Below are positions 12,660 to 22,427 of a stretch of 49,147 bases of DNA, piece after piece. The translations under genes were made by a program, and so were the position numbers. The notes beneath the pieces were generated by a model, which saw only the letters and a list, made by a program, of their open reading frames with translations, did no database searches and had not been told where the DNA came from. Every line of letters starts with the position of its first letter. Position 1 is the stretch's first letter. Origin of the DNA: Chiloscyllium plagiosum (Eukaryota); contig NC_057721.1 of assembly GCF_004010195.1 (NCBI RefSeq), positions 49,727,266 through 49,776,412 of the forward strand, given 5' to 3'.

Positions 12660-13300
12660 TCATAGAAACCATAGAAATGGTACAGCACAGAAGGGGAACA
12701 TTCAACCCATCTTGTCCATGCTGAGCCAAAGACACCCCGATGCCTTTTCTAATCCCATCTTCCTGTACACAGCACATAGCCCTGCAGCTTATATCACTTA
12801 AGGTGCAGATCCAGCTACATTTTAAAAACATTTAGGGTCTGTGCCTCCACCACCAACTCAGGCAGCGGATTCCACTCTCTGCGTAAAAATGTTTTTCTTC
12901 ACATCCCCTCCAATCCTTCTGCCACTCAGCTTGAATATATGACCCCTGCTTTTGAACTCTCTGCCAAGGGAAACAGGTTCCTCCTGTCTACTCTATCCCT
13001 ATCCCTCTAATTTTCAGACCTCATTCGTGTCACCCGTCCACTTTTTCAGTTCCTTGGAAAACAACCCCAACCTCACCAATCTCTCCTTCTAGCTACAATT
13101 CCCCGGCCCTGGCAACATTCAAGTAGATCTTCTCTACACTCACTCCAGAGCAATTATGTCCTTCCTGTAATGTGGTGACCAGAACTGCACACAATACTCC
13201 AATTGTGGCTTCACCAGTGTCTTGTACAGTTTTATCATTATGTCCCTGTTTTTGTATTCTATACTTCTACCAAAGAAGGAGAGCATTCTATATGCCTTAT
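12660..13300 (-). mobile_element. CR1 LINE 3' fragment
   Basis: Reverse complement of CR1 ORF2 end and UTR (ggtgaccagaactgcacacaatactcc reads EYCVQFWSP on the minus strand); (catagaaa) tail repeats at 12660. Confidence 0.85.
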
Positions 13301-14280
13301 TTTTAAGAGGATGATAAAGATGTTGTCATGTATTTGATGTTGTGATAAAAGTCTACAGGGTGAAACTTCTTCTGAGTTTCATGCACACCACACACTCCTG
13401 CTTCAAATGCACCTGGAGTTTCTGTTGGGCCCATTTGTTTAGCAAATAGAGTGTAAACACATTAAGTGCACTAATAGTGGAATGCTGAGCCGAAATAGGA
13501 AACAATAATATATGTTGGTGACTCCCACAGTCCAATAGTGAATTAAGGAATAATGGCTCCATCTCAAACTCAAATAGTTTATGTGATTTGGCATAGTAAA
13601 TCAGGACTTAATTTGCAAAGAGAAAGAAAAATTCATTAATGTTATGATTTATCATATCTCTCAGAAATATCTCCCATATGAAGAATTGCTATGACTCCTA
13701 TGTAGGTGAATGCAGCATCTGCCTTGCAATGACTGAGTGAGTAGTTAATTTGTTTTTATTCCAAAACAAAATATGGTGAGGCTGGAGATCTCAAAGTTAA
13801 AGCTGAAAGTGCTGAATGTAAATGAGATCTAGTTGCATCTGTGAAGAGAGATGTAGATGTTTCAGGTTGATGGCTTTTCAATCTGAAACCTTAACTCTTG
13901 TTTCTCTCCAGATGCTGACAGACCTGTATAACCAGCCTAAACCCAAAGTAAGGCACGATTTAATTTTTGCTGATTAGGCACTTTACTAAAATGTGCTGAT
14001 AAATGGGAGGGTGGAGGAGGATCAAGGCTACTTGGGCAATACTGTATCCCAATAGGGCTTCTTACAACAACACTGAATTTACCCACATACCACATGAATT
14101 ATGTGCTGTCCTACAAGGCTCTCACCCTTTGACTGTATCAGCAACAGAGGGCACTAGTGAGCACAGTCCTGGCATTCTTAGGAATTTCAGGGTCAATGTG
14201 TTGATATTTCAGGATAATATATTAAAATTGCATAACAAATGGAACTTGTTCATCTTGTCCGTTGTCAATTAATATCACAG

Positions 14281-14509
14281 TCAGCTGCTGATGCCAGTGA
14301 CTAGAGACAGTCCCAACAAGCAAGCGGTTATAAACAGTTTCATTACTTTCATTGTTGTGGCAAAAGCTACTATTGCTCCAAAAGCAGTCTGCATTGAGTT
14401 ACTGCTAGTGTCAGATGTGGTGCTGGGATCTCGGTCCTCTGATGCTGTAACACCTGCAATGATAGCAGCAGCAGAAACCTCTTTACGTTGCTTGTCCCCA
14501 GAACGGTTA
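14281..14509 (-). CDS. Candidate terminal coding exon of an unidentified gene (Ser/Thr-rich linker plus hydrophobic C-terminus)
   Basis: Open frame NRSGDKQRKEVSAAAIIAGVTASEDRDPSTTSDTSSNSMQTAFGAIVAFATTMKVMKLFITACLLGLSLVTGISS* after acceptor ttttctgctag (alternative acceptor ...tatcattgcag at ~14455). Not repeat-like; no family recognised. Confidence 0.3.
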
Positions 14510-15567
14510 CTAGCAGAAAAACCAGCAAAGTAGAGCAACACACATAATTCTGTAAATTACCTTCTGAATTATTTACTTTTGTTGAGCATTTTATGATGCT
14601 TGACATGCACAAACCATTTCTAATCACAGCACATGAAAAGCATTAACCTGGACGATGATGATGCTCACACTGGCAGAAGTAAAGGCAGGTTTCCTTCCAT
14701 ATGTTTCAGCGCAAAAAAAAACTGTGTCAATTGATTTAACATGAAAGGAAACATCTGTTTAGCTTCTAGATTCCTCCAGGGATTCCCCGGTCCAGCCCTC
14801 ATAAATACATGGTCTTCTCAAGATCACTTTATTAATCAGAAAGCTGAAGTGGCTTATCTGATGAGTCTGAATTTCCACATGGTGTATGTTTACAATATCT
14901 CTGTATTGACTCTTGAACGATGAGCTGTCACCTACTTAGATCACATTGTTTCCATTCACTGTTTTGTTTGAACCCCCACATAAGATGCATACTGTAGATA
15001 TGAAACACGGGAGAAAAGATTAAGCGTCCCATTATGGAATAAACATATAGACAACAATTTAACATAATAGTCCAGTTTTTGACACAATCATCAATAACAT
15101 TTTACTTAGGTACTGTAGGACAAGCATAGACCCCCCCACTGTAAATCTGTACAAGTGTGCTTCTTTTAGCCCTTTTGTACTGATATCATGAAGTTAATAT
15201 AATTTATATGTACAGATTTGGTATTTTTTAAAATTTAGATGAGATGGGAATACTAGGAAATCTTTAACAAAGTTAGATAACACGGCTTCTGATATTTTGT
15301 CCATTAGTGCAGGTATCCAGCGATCCATATTATCCACACCCTTTCAGCACCAATATGCTCTACTCCAACACTTACCCATCTGCTGAAGCTACTGTGGCAA
15401 CTCACCAAGCAACCTCAACCACCAAACAATACAAAAGCAGGAAATCTGTATGGACACTACCACATGCCTGTACCATCCTGACCTGGACATATTGCTGTTC
15501 CTTTATTGTCACTGAGCTAGTTCTATAATTATAATAGTATGAGTTTCTTCAGAAGCATCATACCCAC

Positions 15568-15888
15568 ATTAGATTAGATTACTTACAGTGTGGAAACAGG
15601 CCCTTCGGCCCAACAAGTCCACACTGACCCACCGAAGCACAACCCACCCAGACCCCATTCTCCTACATTTACCCCTACACTTAACACTACGGGCAATTTA
15701 GCTCGGCCAGTTCACCTAACCTGCACATTTTTGGACTGTGGGAGGAAACCAGAGCACCTGGAGGAAACCCATGCAGACACGGAGAGAATGTGCAAACTCC
15801 ACACAGTCAGTCGCCTGAGGTGGGAATTGAACCCAGGTCTCTGGCGCTGTGAGGCAGCAGTGCTAACCACTGTGCCTCCGTGCCACCC
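15568..15888 (-). mobile_element. HE1-type SINE, near full length
   Basis: Close reverse complement of the 32576-32890 copy, including the tRNA-like head and (taatc)n tail. Confidence 0.92.
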
Positions 15889-16789
15889 ACAAGGTCATGT
15901 GTTCAGTGATACTGCTTGGAAGTAGACATGTTGCAGTGATTGGCACAGTAAGGCCTGATTGGCCATCTAGATGCCACCAATCGTATGCAAAGTCACATTG
16001 CCCTTATCTGGTGCCAACAAACACTTTTTCTGCAGAGAGATGAGCGCACAGCTATGCCATCTGCTATTAAGGCATGTCTAATTACTAAACCACAGAGGAC
16101 TATTACCATCATTGGTAGCCTGTTCACTACATCACTTGCGCTTGTTTCGAGCCCCTCTATGGGAAATTGAAATGTTGATTTACTAGGATAGTGTTATGGA
16201 ATAGCAAGGAGGGCACCTTTCCTACAGCTAGGTCACAAAATACAATTGTGTGTTCTTGACTACAGATTTGAGACATCTGTTTCAGCCGTTTATTTGTGAT
16301 TATGCAGCTATTAATTTTTAGAACCTCTTACGATGGTGTATTATATGACAAAGCTGTACAAACTCTAGAAAATCTTAACAAGGTTTCCATAGCTGCTCTG
16401 CCAAATGTGACATCTGCTGAAGTAACCAGAAATATAATGATTCAATCAAAAGTTTAAAAATACTTAGTCATTACTCCACACGCAAAACTGTGTAAACATG
16501 GAACATATTGCTCATTAAACCCTTTACAAATTAAAAGTCATTTTTAATTTTCTTGACATACAAATTAACTACCAAGTCAAAATTCTATAAGTCTCTGCTT
16601 CTGATGAGTTCTAAATAGATTGACAAGTTGACAGATTGACATTTATCTTTGTCATATACTTTAAAAACATTTGGGCAGTGAGATTTCTTGTATTGTCAGC
16701 AGAGTCCAATGTTAGAACAGTACTCAGGGTTTTGATTTAACATCATTAATCTATTTTCAAGAAGTTGTAATAACTTTGTTAAAATAATA

Positions 16790-16996
16790 GCTGAAAAAGT
16801 GTTGCTGGAAAAGCGCAGCAGGTCAGGCAGCATCCAAGGAACAAGAGAATCGACGTTTCGGGCATAAGCCCTTCTTCGGCTTATGTCTGAAATGTCGATT
16901 CTCCTGTTCCTTGGATGCTGCCTGACCTGCTGCGCTTTTCCAGCAACACATTTTCAGCTCTGATCTCCAGCATCTGCAGCCCTACTTTCTCTCAAC
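16790..16996. mobile_element. Palindromic Penelope-derived insertion with 14-bp TSD
   Basis: About 80-bp inverted arms; ttgttaaaataata duplicated at 16776-16789 and 16997-17010. Confidence 0.85.
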
Positions 16997-17394
16997 TTGT
17001 TAAAATAATACACAGCAATTTAATTAATAAGCTTCTGCATTCACATAATGCCTTTGACATTTTCTGGATGTAGCTATTATGAATGATTTTAAGATAAGCA
17101 ATTTCCTCTGGTAACCAACGGTCAGGGACTTCAAATGGGAAATTGAAATGTTGATTCAAAAAGGGGCAACAGTTTGGGAGAAATGTAAGAAGGAATATTT
17201 TTCATGAGAAAAGCTGTTAAGATCTGGATCACAGTGCTAAAGTAGAGGTTTTTATTTAATTGTACAGCATCAAACCTTCATCAACCGATCAAAACAAAAC
17301 ATTCAAAATCACATATAATTCAAATATTTTTAGTCGTCTAAAGCCAGTGTTCCTGATAAAATAATTTGGCAAGTATTGTAACAAAGTAGCTCAC

Positions 17395-17474
17395 AAAACG
17401 TTTTGCCGTAGTGTATTGAGCATATTGTACCACTGAATCATTTTCAAACTGGCTTCAGTTACAAGGTCAAAGGC
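17395..17474 (-). CDS. Candidate 80-nt internal exon (AFDLVTEASLKMIQWYNMLNTLRQNV)
   Basis: Acceptor cttttacattcag, donor gtgagc; only one reading frame is open; its phase-2 end fits the phase-2 acceptor at 14509. Confidence 0.25.
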
Positions 17475-17559
17475 CTGAATGTAAAAGTAGCTGTTGAACC
17501 ATCCAATCCCTCAGCAAAGAAAGAGGCAATTCAGTATATCAGGCCTACATCAGCACTTT

Positions 17560-18000
17560 GAAAGGGTTTTTCAACTTAGTCCCAAACTCAGCCATTTTCC
17601 CTGTAACACTGCTAATGAATCATCTTCAATTACATGCTCATTTGAATGATTCCACAAAAACTGATTCCATCACCCTTCCAGGCAGTGTGATCCAGATCAT
17701 AACAGCTTTTCTCATGAAAAATAGTCCTTCTTACATTTCTCCCGAACTGTTGCCCCTTTTTGAAGTCCCTGACCGTTGGTTACCAGAGGAAATTGTTTAT
17801 CTTAAAATCATTCATAATAGCTACATTAGATTTCCACTTAATCTCCTCTGCTCCAAGTACTGCAAATCCCACTTGCTCCAGTCTCTCTTAGAAACGGAAC
17901 ATCATCATCATTTGTATTATCCTGGTTAGCTGCTTTTGTACCCTCTCTAAAGCCTTGATATCCATTCTGAATTGGATTGTACACAATACTCCAGCTGAGG
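17560..18000 (-). mobile_element. Degenerate CR1 LINE 3' fragment
   Basis: Similar to 12660-13300 (catcacccttccaggcagtg, cacttaatctcctctgctccaag, tacacaatactccagctgagg). Confidence 0.65.
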
Positions 18001-18309
18001 TTTGTAAAGTTGAGAGAGTTGTAAAGAAGAATTCCTTCTCTTGGAATGTGGCTAGTGTTTAGAATGCTCTCTTTTTGAGAGCAGTGGAGGTTGGGTCATA
18101 TTGAATTGAGAGTTGGTTTGACGTATGAGGGCATTAAGGGCTGTGGAGAATATGCAGGAAAGTGGAGTTAAGGCCATTTATTGCCTGGCACGAGCAGGTT
18201 TGAGCAACAGTCTGCTCCTGAACAATTTGTTACATTGTATTCTTTTGTCATTCTCTCTTTGCATGTCTTCTACCCCTTTCAATGTTCCCCTGCACTTCCC
18301 CTGCTATCA

Positions 18310-18565
18310 TGGCAGATGGTAGCATTTGAATTCAATAAAGAACTGGAATTAAGAGTCTCAGGGTGACCATGAATCCCTTGTCAATTGTTGGAAAAAACCC
18401 ATCTGGCTCACAAATGTTCTTTAGGGAAGGAAACTGCCAATGTACCTGGTCTGGCCCAGGATGTGACTGCAGACCCACAGCAATGTAGTTAACTCTGAGC
18501 AATTAGGAATGAACAATAAATGTTGGCCTAGCCAGTAATGTCCTCACCCCATGCATTCTGTAAAA
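18310..18565 (+). mobile_element. Second tRNA-type SINE family, 3' part
   Basis: Shares tttagggaaggaaactg...tggtct...atgtgact.cagacccacag.aatgt.gtt.actct...gcaattagg.atg...aataaatg with 39755-40050. Confidence 0.7.
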
Positions 18566-19489
18566 AAAAAGGCTATGTATTCTGCCTGGATTTGATTATA
18601 CTCTCTGCCTGACTTTTGGCATAAGCCACCTTTTATGGTTGTGGTTCTCTTTCTCTGTCAAGAAGAAAGTTCAAACTTTGGATGACCCATCTTCTTCCTG
18701 AAGTGAATGCCCCTGGCTGGTACCCAAACTATCTCCTGCTGTCATTCTCATTTACAGCTGAACTTCTTTTTGATTCAGGTTGTACTAGATTTATCTGAAG
18801 TTATTGGAACGGGCTTTGACTGGTTCGATATTTTGGTTTGGATTTTCTTGTCCCTTTCTGTAAGCACATTAAAGCTGATGATATGTTGATCATTGTTACC
18901 ATGTTTCAGTCTGGCTCAAATAGCTTGCAGTTGTCTGACTTCACTTTCGAAAGCTAGATTTCAGTTGGTCCCCTTTCTCATTGGACTGGAAAATAACTGA
19001 TTGAGAAAGTTCCTTTGTGTAGGTTTTAAGATTCCTTCATCCTCCTTGCACTTCTTTTTGAGTATTTTTTAAGTATACTGTTTAAGTATTTAATGTTTAC
19101 CAGTTATACACGGTAAATTTGAGCTTTTAATTAGTTAAAGAATGCGTCACTGCCAGGGCCCGTTCTTAATATGTAATTTATGACTTATGATTATTAAGAA
19201 TATTATATCGATTTTTTTTCAGTCAATTACTTCAGCATTTATGACGATACCAACAATAATTTATTTCCCTCTTCTTTCATCTCTCCATACTACATTTGGC
19301 TGAAGATGTCAGCAACTATCATGTCTATGTGAAATTTTTAAAAAGCGATGATTAGAAGTGAACAGAATGGCAAGGGTGTTAATGTTGACTAGATTTCACC
19401 ACATTTGATTTTTCATAAAGGATTTTAATGGCAGATTGCATTTTTAAGTTTACTGAGTACGCTCAATTGAATCTAGATCCCTGTAGATC

Positions 19490-20370
19490 GTAGGACATGT
19501 CAGTTAAGAAGACTTACGGGATACTAGCTTTATTAGCTGAGGCAGGGAAGTTATGCAGGAGTTGTATAAAACACTGGTTCACCCATAACTGGAGTGTATA
19601 TGCTTTCTGGTTATCACATTATAGGAAAGATTTTAAAGTGAGAGGAGAGAGATTTTAAAAAGATATAAGAGGCAAATGTTTCACACAGAGGGTGGTTCAT
19701 GTGTGGAATGAACTTCCTGAGAAAGTGGTGGATGCGGGTACAATTACAATGTTTAAAAGACATTTCAATAGATACATGAATAGGAAAGGTTTGGAGCGAT
19801 GTGGGCCAGGAGCAGGCAGATGGGATTAGTTTAGTTTGGGATTATGTTCGGCATGGACTGATTGGACCGAAGGGTCTGTTTCTGTGCTGTATGACTCTAT
19901 GTGAGTGCACTAGAGAATGTGTGGAGGAGATTTACACATTGCTGCTGGGGCTGGAGAGTCTGAGCTAAGAGGAAAGATTGGATAGGCTGGGGTTGTTTTC
20001 CCCAGAGCAACGAAGGTCTAGAGGAGACCCGATAGAGGTGTATGAGATTATGAATGGCAGAAGTAGAGTTGATGACTTTTTCATTACGCACAAGCATAAA
20101 ATTAGTGGGAAAGTATTTAAGGTAAAAGGTAGAAGGTGAGAAGGAGAGTTGAGGAGAAATATTTCAACCAGAGCGTGATGGGAATCTAGAATTCACTGTC
20201 TGAAAGGGTAATTGAGTCAGAAACTGTCATAACATTTAAACTATATTTGGATAGTCACTTGCATTGCCATAGGCTCTGGGGACATAGGCCAGAAACTGGA
20301 CAATGGGATTAGTATAGTCTGATCTTTGACTGGTACAGACAGGATGGAACGAATGGCCTTAATCTATGCT
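19490..20370 (+). mobile_element. Old CR1 3' fragment with a better-preserved CR1/HER1 3' end nested at ~19631-19900
   Basis: Outer copy runs ...cacattataggaaaga|...|tgtgagtgcactagagaatgtgtggaggagatttac; the inner segment is a complete 3' end finishing in tgtatgactcta. Confidence 0.8.
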
Positions 20371-20538
20371 GTAAGTATCTGTGAATTGATTTCCATTACT
20401 ATTTGGCTTTGAATAAAATGTAAGTGGTAAAGAATATTTGGCCTTGTACAGTGGAACGCTGATTCATATTTCAAAATTTCCATGAACCAAAAACGTAAGC
20501 AAATGGACGTCTTCACATAGAAAATAAGGGCAAGCAGA

Positions 20539-20560
20539 ACTTCCGGGTCGTACGGACGCC
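20539..20560. promoter_or_regulatory. Consensus ETS site (CCGGAAGT on - strand) in a small CpG cluster; candidate promoter
   Basis: acttccgg at 20539-20546 continuing as gtcgtacggacg: four CpGs in ~15 bp of otherwise CpG-poor DNA; donor-like acag|gtatgt at 20690/20691. Confidence 0.4.
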
Positions 20561-21732
20561 TCAATGCACACCTGCACCCCAACATATCCTGGTGCCATTA
20601 ACACAGATGCAGTACCAGCCGTGGTTTTTGTAAATGGCTTTATCCTTTTAAACATTTATTTACGAAGAATTTGTGCTGAAGTATTAACAGGTATGTTTGA
20701 CAGGAAAATATTATACATTATTCTGTTGAATGCTGTGCAAAATGTTTAAAATGGCAGTTATTTGGGTGCTGTAAAATGGTTTCGAAATCGAAAATTAAAA
20801 CGTGCAATTGTAATGTTTCTTGGAAACCTATATTCCCAATGCTTATTACTATACTTTAAAATATGAAAGAAGTATATTTTTGTGTGCAAACAAATTAAAA
20901 TACATATTGTAGACGAAACAATGTAATTTAACAGGAATTTACGATACTTGACTAACAGGAAACAGCACAGTGGGTGTTGACTGAAAATGGTTTAGGTTTT
21001 TAGTTTCCACTCAGCTTAACAAAAATATTCACTTGTTGTCTATTGATTTCAAAAATGCTCATGAATAAGATGCAGGCTCCATGTGCTCTGTCACAACTAC
21101 TTTGAGCAATGGATTGTGAATAGTTGCGGTATTTCTAAGTTTAAGATTGAAGGATTGTGCAGCCAAATTAAAGCCAGCAGTTGTTATATAGAAAAATCTT
21201 GTAAAAGATATTGTTCAGTCTTCTCAGGTAAGTAATTTTTTTAAAAAATTCTTAATCAACAAGTATTTGTTTTAGGACATGGTGACATTACTAAATTATA
21301 TCCCAGATGTAGGGTAGTTTAGGTATTGTTGAATATCTTTTGTGTTATAATTTATCAAGTTAGCCTTTTATCAGAAATGATACATCTTTAGAAAGAATTC
21401 AGCTACAGGAAATACGTGAATGTAATTTCTTCTTTTTCAGAAAATTGACAAAATTTCAAATTAGCCCATTAGGAGCTCCTTGCTCTATAAAACAAAGACT
21501 GGGGTTCAAAGCCCAGTTCTGGATTTGTTTAAATTGATGAATTTAAGATGTCAGCGATTTTTATAAACCGTTGACAAAATCACCGAGGAAATGGAAAGGA
21601 GACCATATCAGAAAGAAGTAAATTCTAGTCAATTCCACTATCTCCATTCACAAAGATGCTGAGCATGGGATGGACAACATCAGGTTTTTAAATGATGTGA
21701 AATGAAGTAGCCAGAAGTCACTTGAAAATATC

Positions 21733-22125
21733 AGCTGAGACTCAGTTGGTAGCACTTTTGCAGAATGTCAGAATGTTGTGGATTCAAGTCCACCTCCACC
21801 CAAGACCACGAAAGTCAAGGCTGTTACTCTGCTTCAATACTGAGGAAGTTTCACTTTATTAAAGGTGCCATGTTTTGGCTGAAATGTTAAACTGAAATTT
21901 TGTTTGCCTCTTGGGTGGATGCAAAGGATATTATGACACTGTTTTGAAAGGGAACAGGAAGTGTATCCTGGGTGTCCTAGCAAATATTAACTCACAATCA
22001 ATATCACAAATATCACCTTCATGTGCTCAACTTGACTATTGTGTTTCTTACATTCCAATAGTGACTGCGTGCTTTAGGACACCCTTGGTCGCTCATGAAA
22101 GCACTACATACATACAGGTCATTAT
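21733..22125 (+). mobile_element. DeuSINE (SacSINE1/AmnSINE-like), diverged
   Basis: tRNA-like head (actcagttggtagcac...ggattcaagtcc) and Deu-domain-like core (aggtgccatgttttggctgaaatgttaaactga...gggtgtcctagcaaatatt). Minus-strand pieces at ~32220-32400 and ~36195-36410. Confidence 0.65.
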
Positions 22126-22210
22126 TTCTATATCAAGAAATCCAGATAAAAAATAGAATTTTCTTTAGTGAATGCAATGTTTAAACTTGGACTGGCAACG
22201 TACTTATTTA

Positions 22211-22427
22211 GGGGAGAAAGTGAGGTCTGCAGATGCTGGAGATCAGAGCTGAAAATGTGTTGCTGGAAAAGCGCAGCAGGTCAGGCAGCATCCAGGGAAC
22301 AGGAAAATCGACGTTTCGGGCATAAGCCCTTCTTCATTCCTGAAGAAGGGCTTATGCCCGAAACGTCGATTCTCCTGTTCCCTGGATGCTGCCTGACCTG
22401 CTGCGCTTTTCCAGCAACACACTTTCA
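22211..22427. mobile_element. Palindromic Penelope-derived insertion with 16-bp TSD
   Basis: Near-perfect inverted arms of ~90 bp; gcaacgtacttattta at 22195-22210 and 22428-22443. Confidence 0.88.
22335..22375 (+). ncRNA. Minimal hammerhead-ribozyme-like motif
   Basis: CTGAAGA-A-GGGC-TTAT-GCCC-GAAA-C-GTC: CUGANGA and GAAA boxes, 4-bp helix II, palindromic ACGT in place of helix III, GUC site. Helix I pairing is weak. Confidence 0.55.

Noticed and set aside
14281-14352. MKVMKLFITACLLGLSLVTG as the CD247 signal peptide
   Set aside because: Wrong strand, and it ends in a stop with no splice donor.
15590-15925. ORFs METGPSAQ... and related ones at 907, 11117 and 32612
   Set aside because: Chance frames through HE1 SINE copies.
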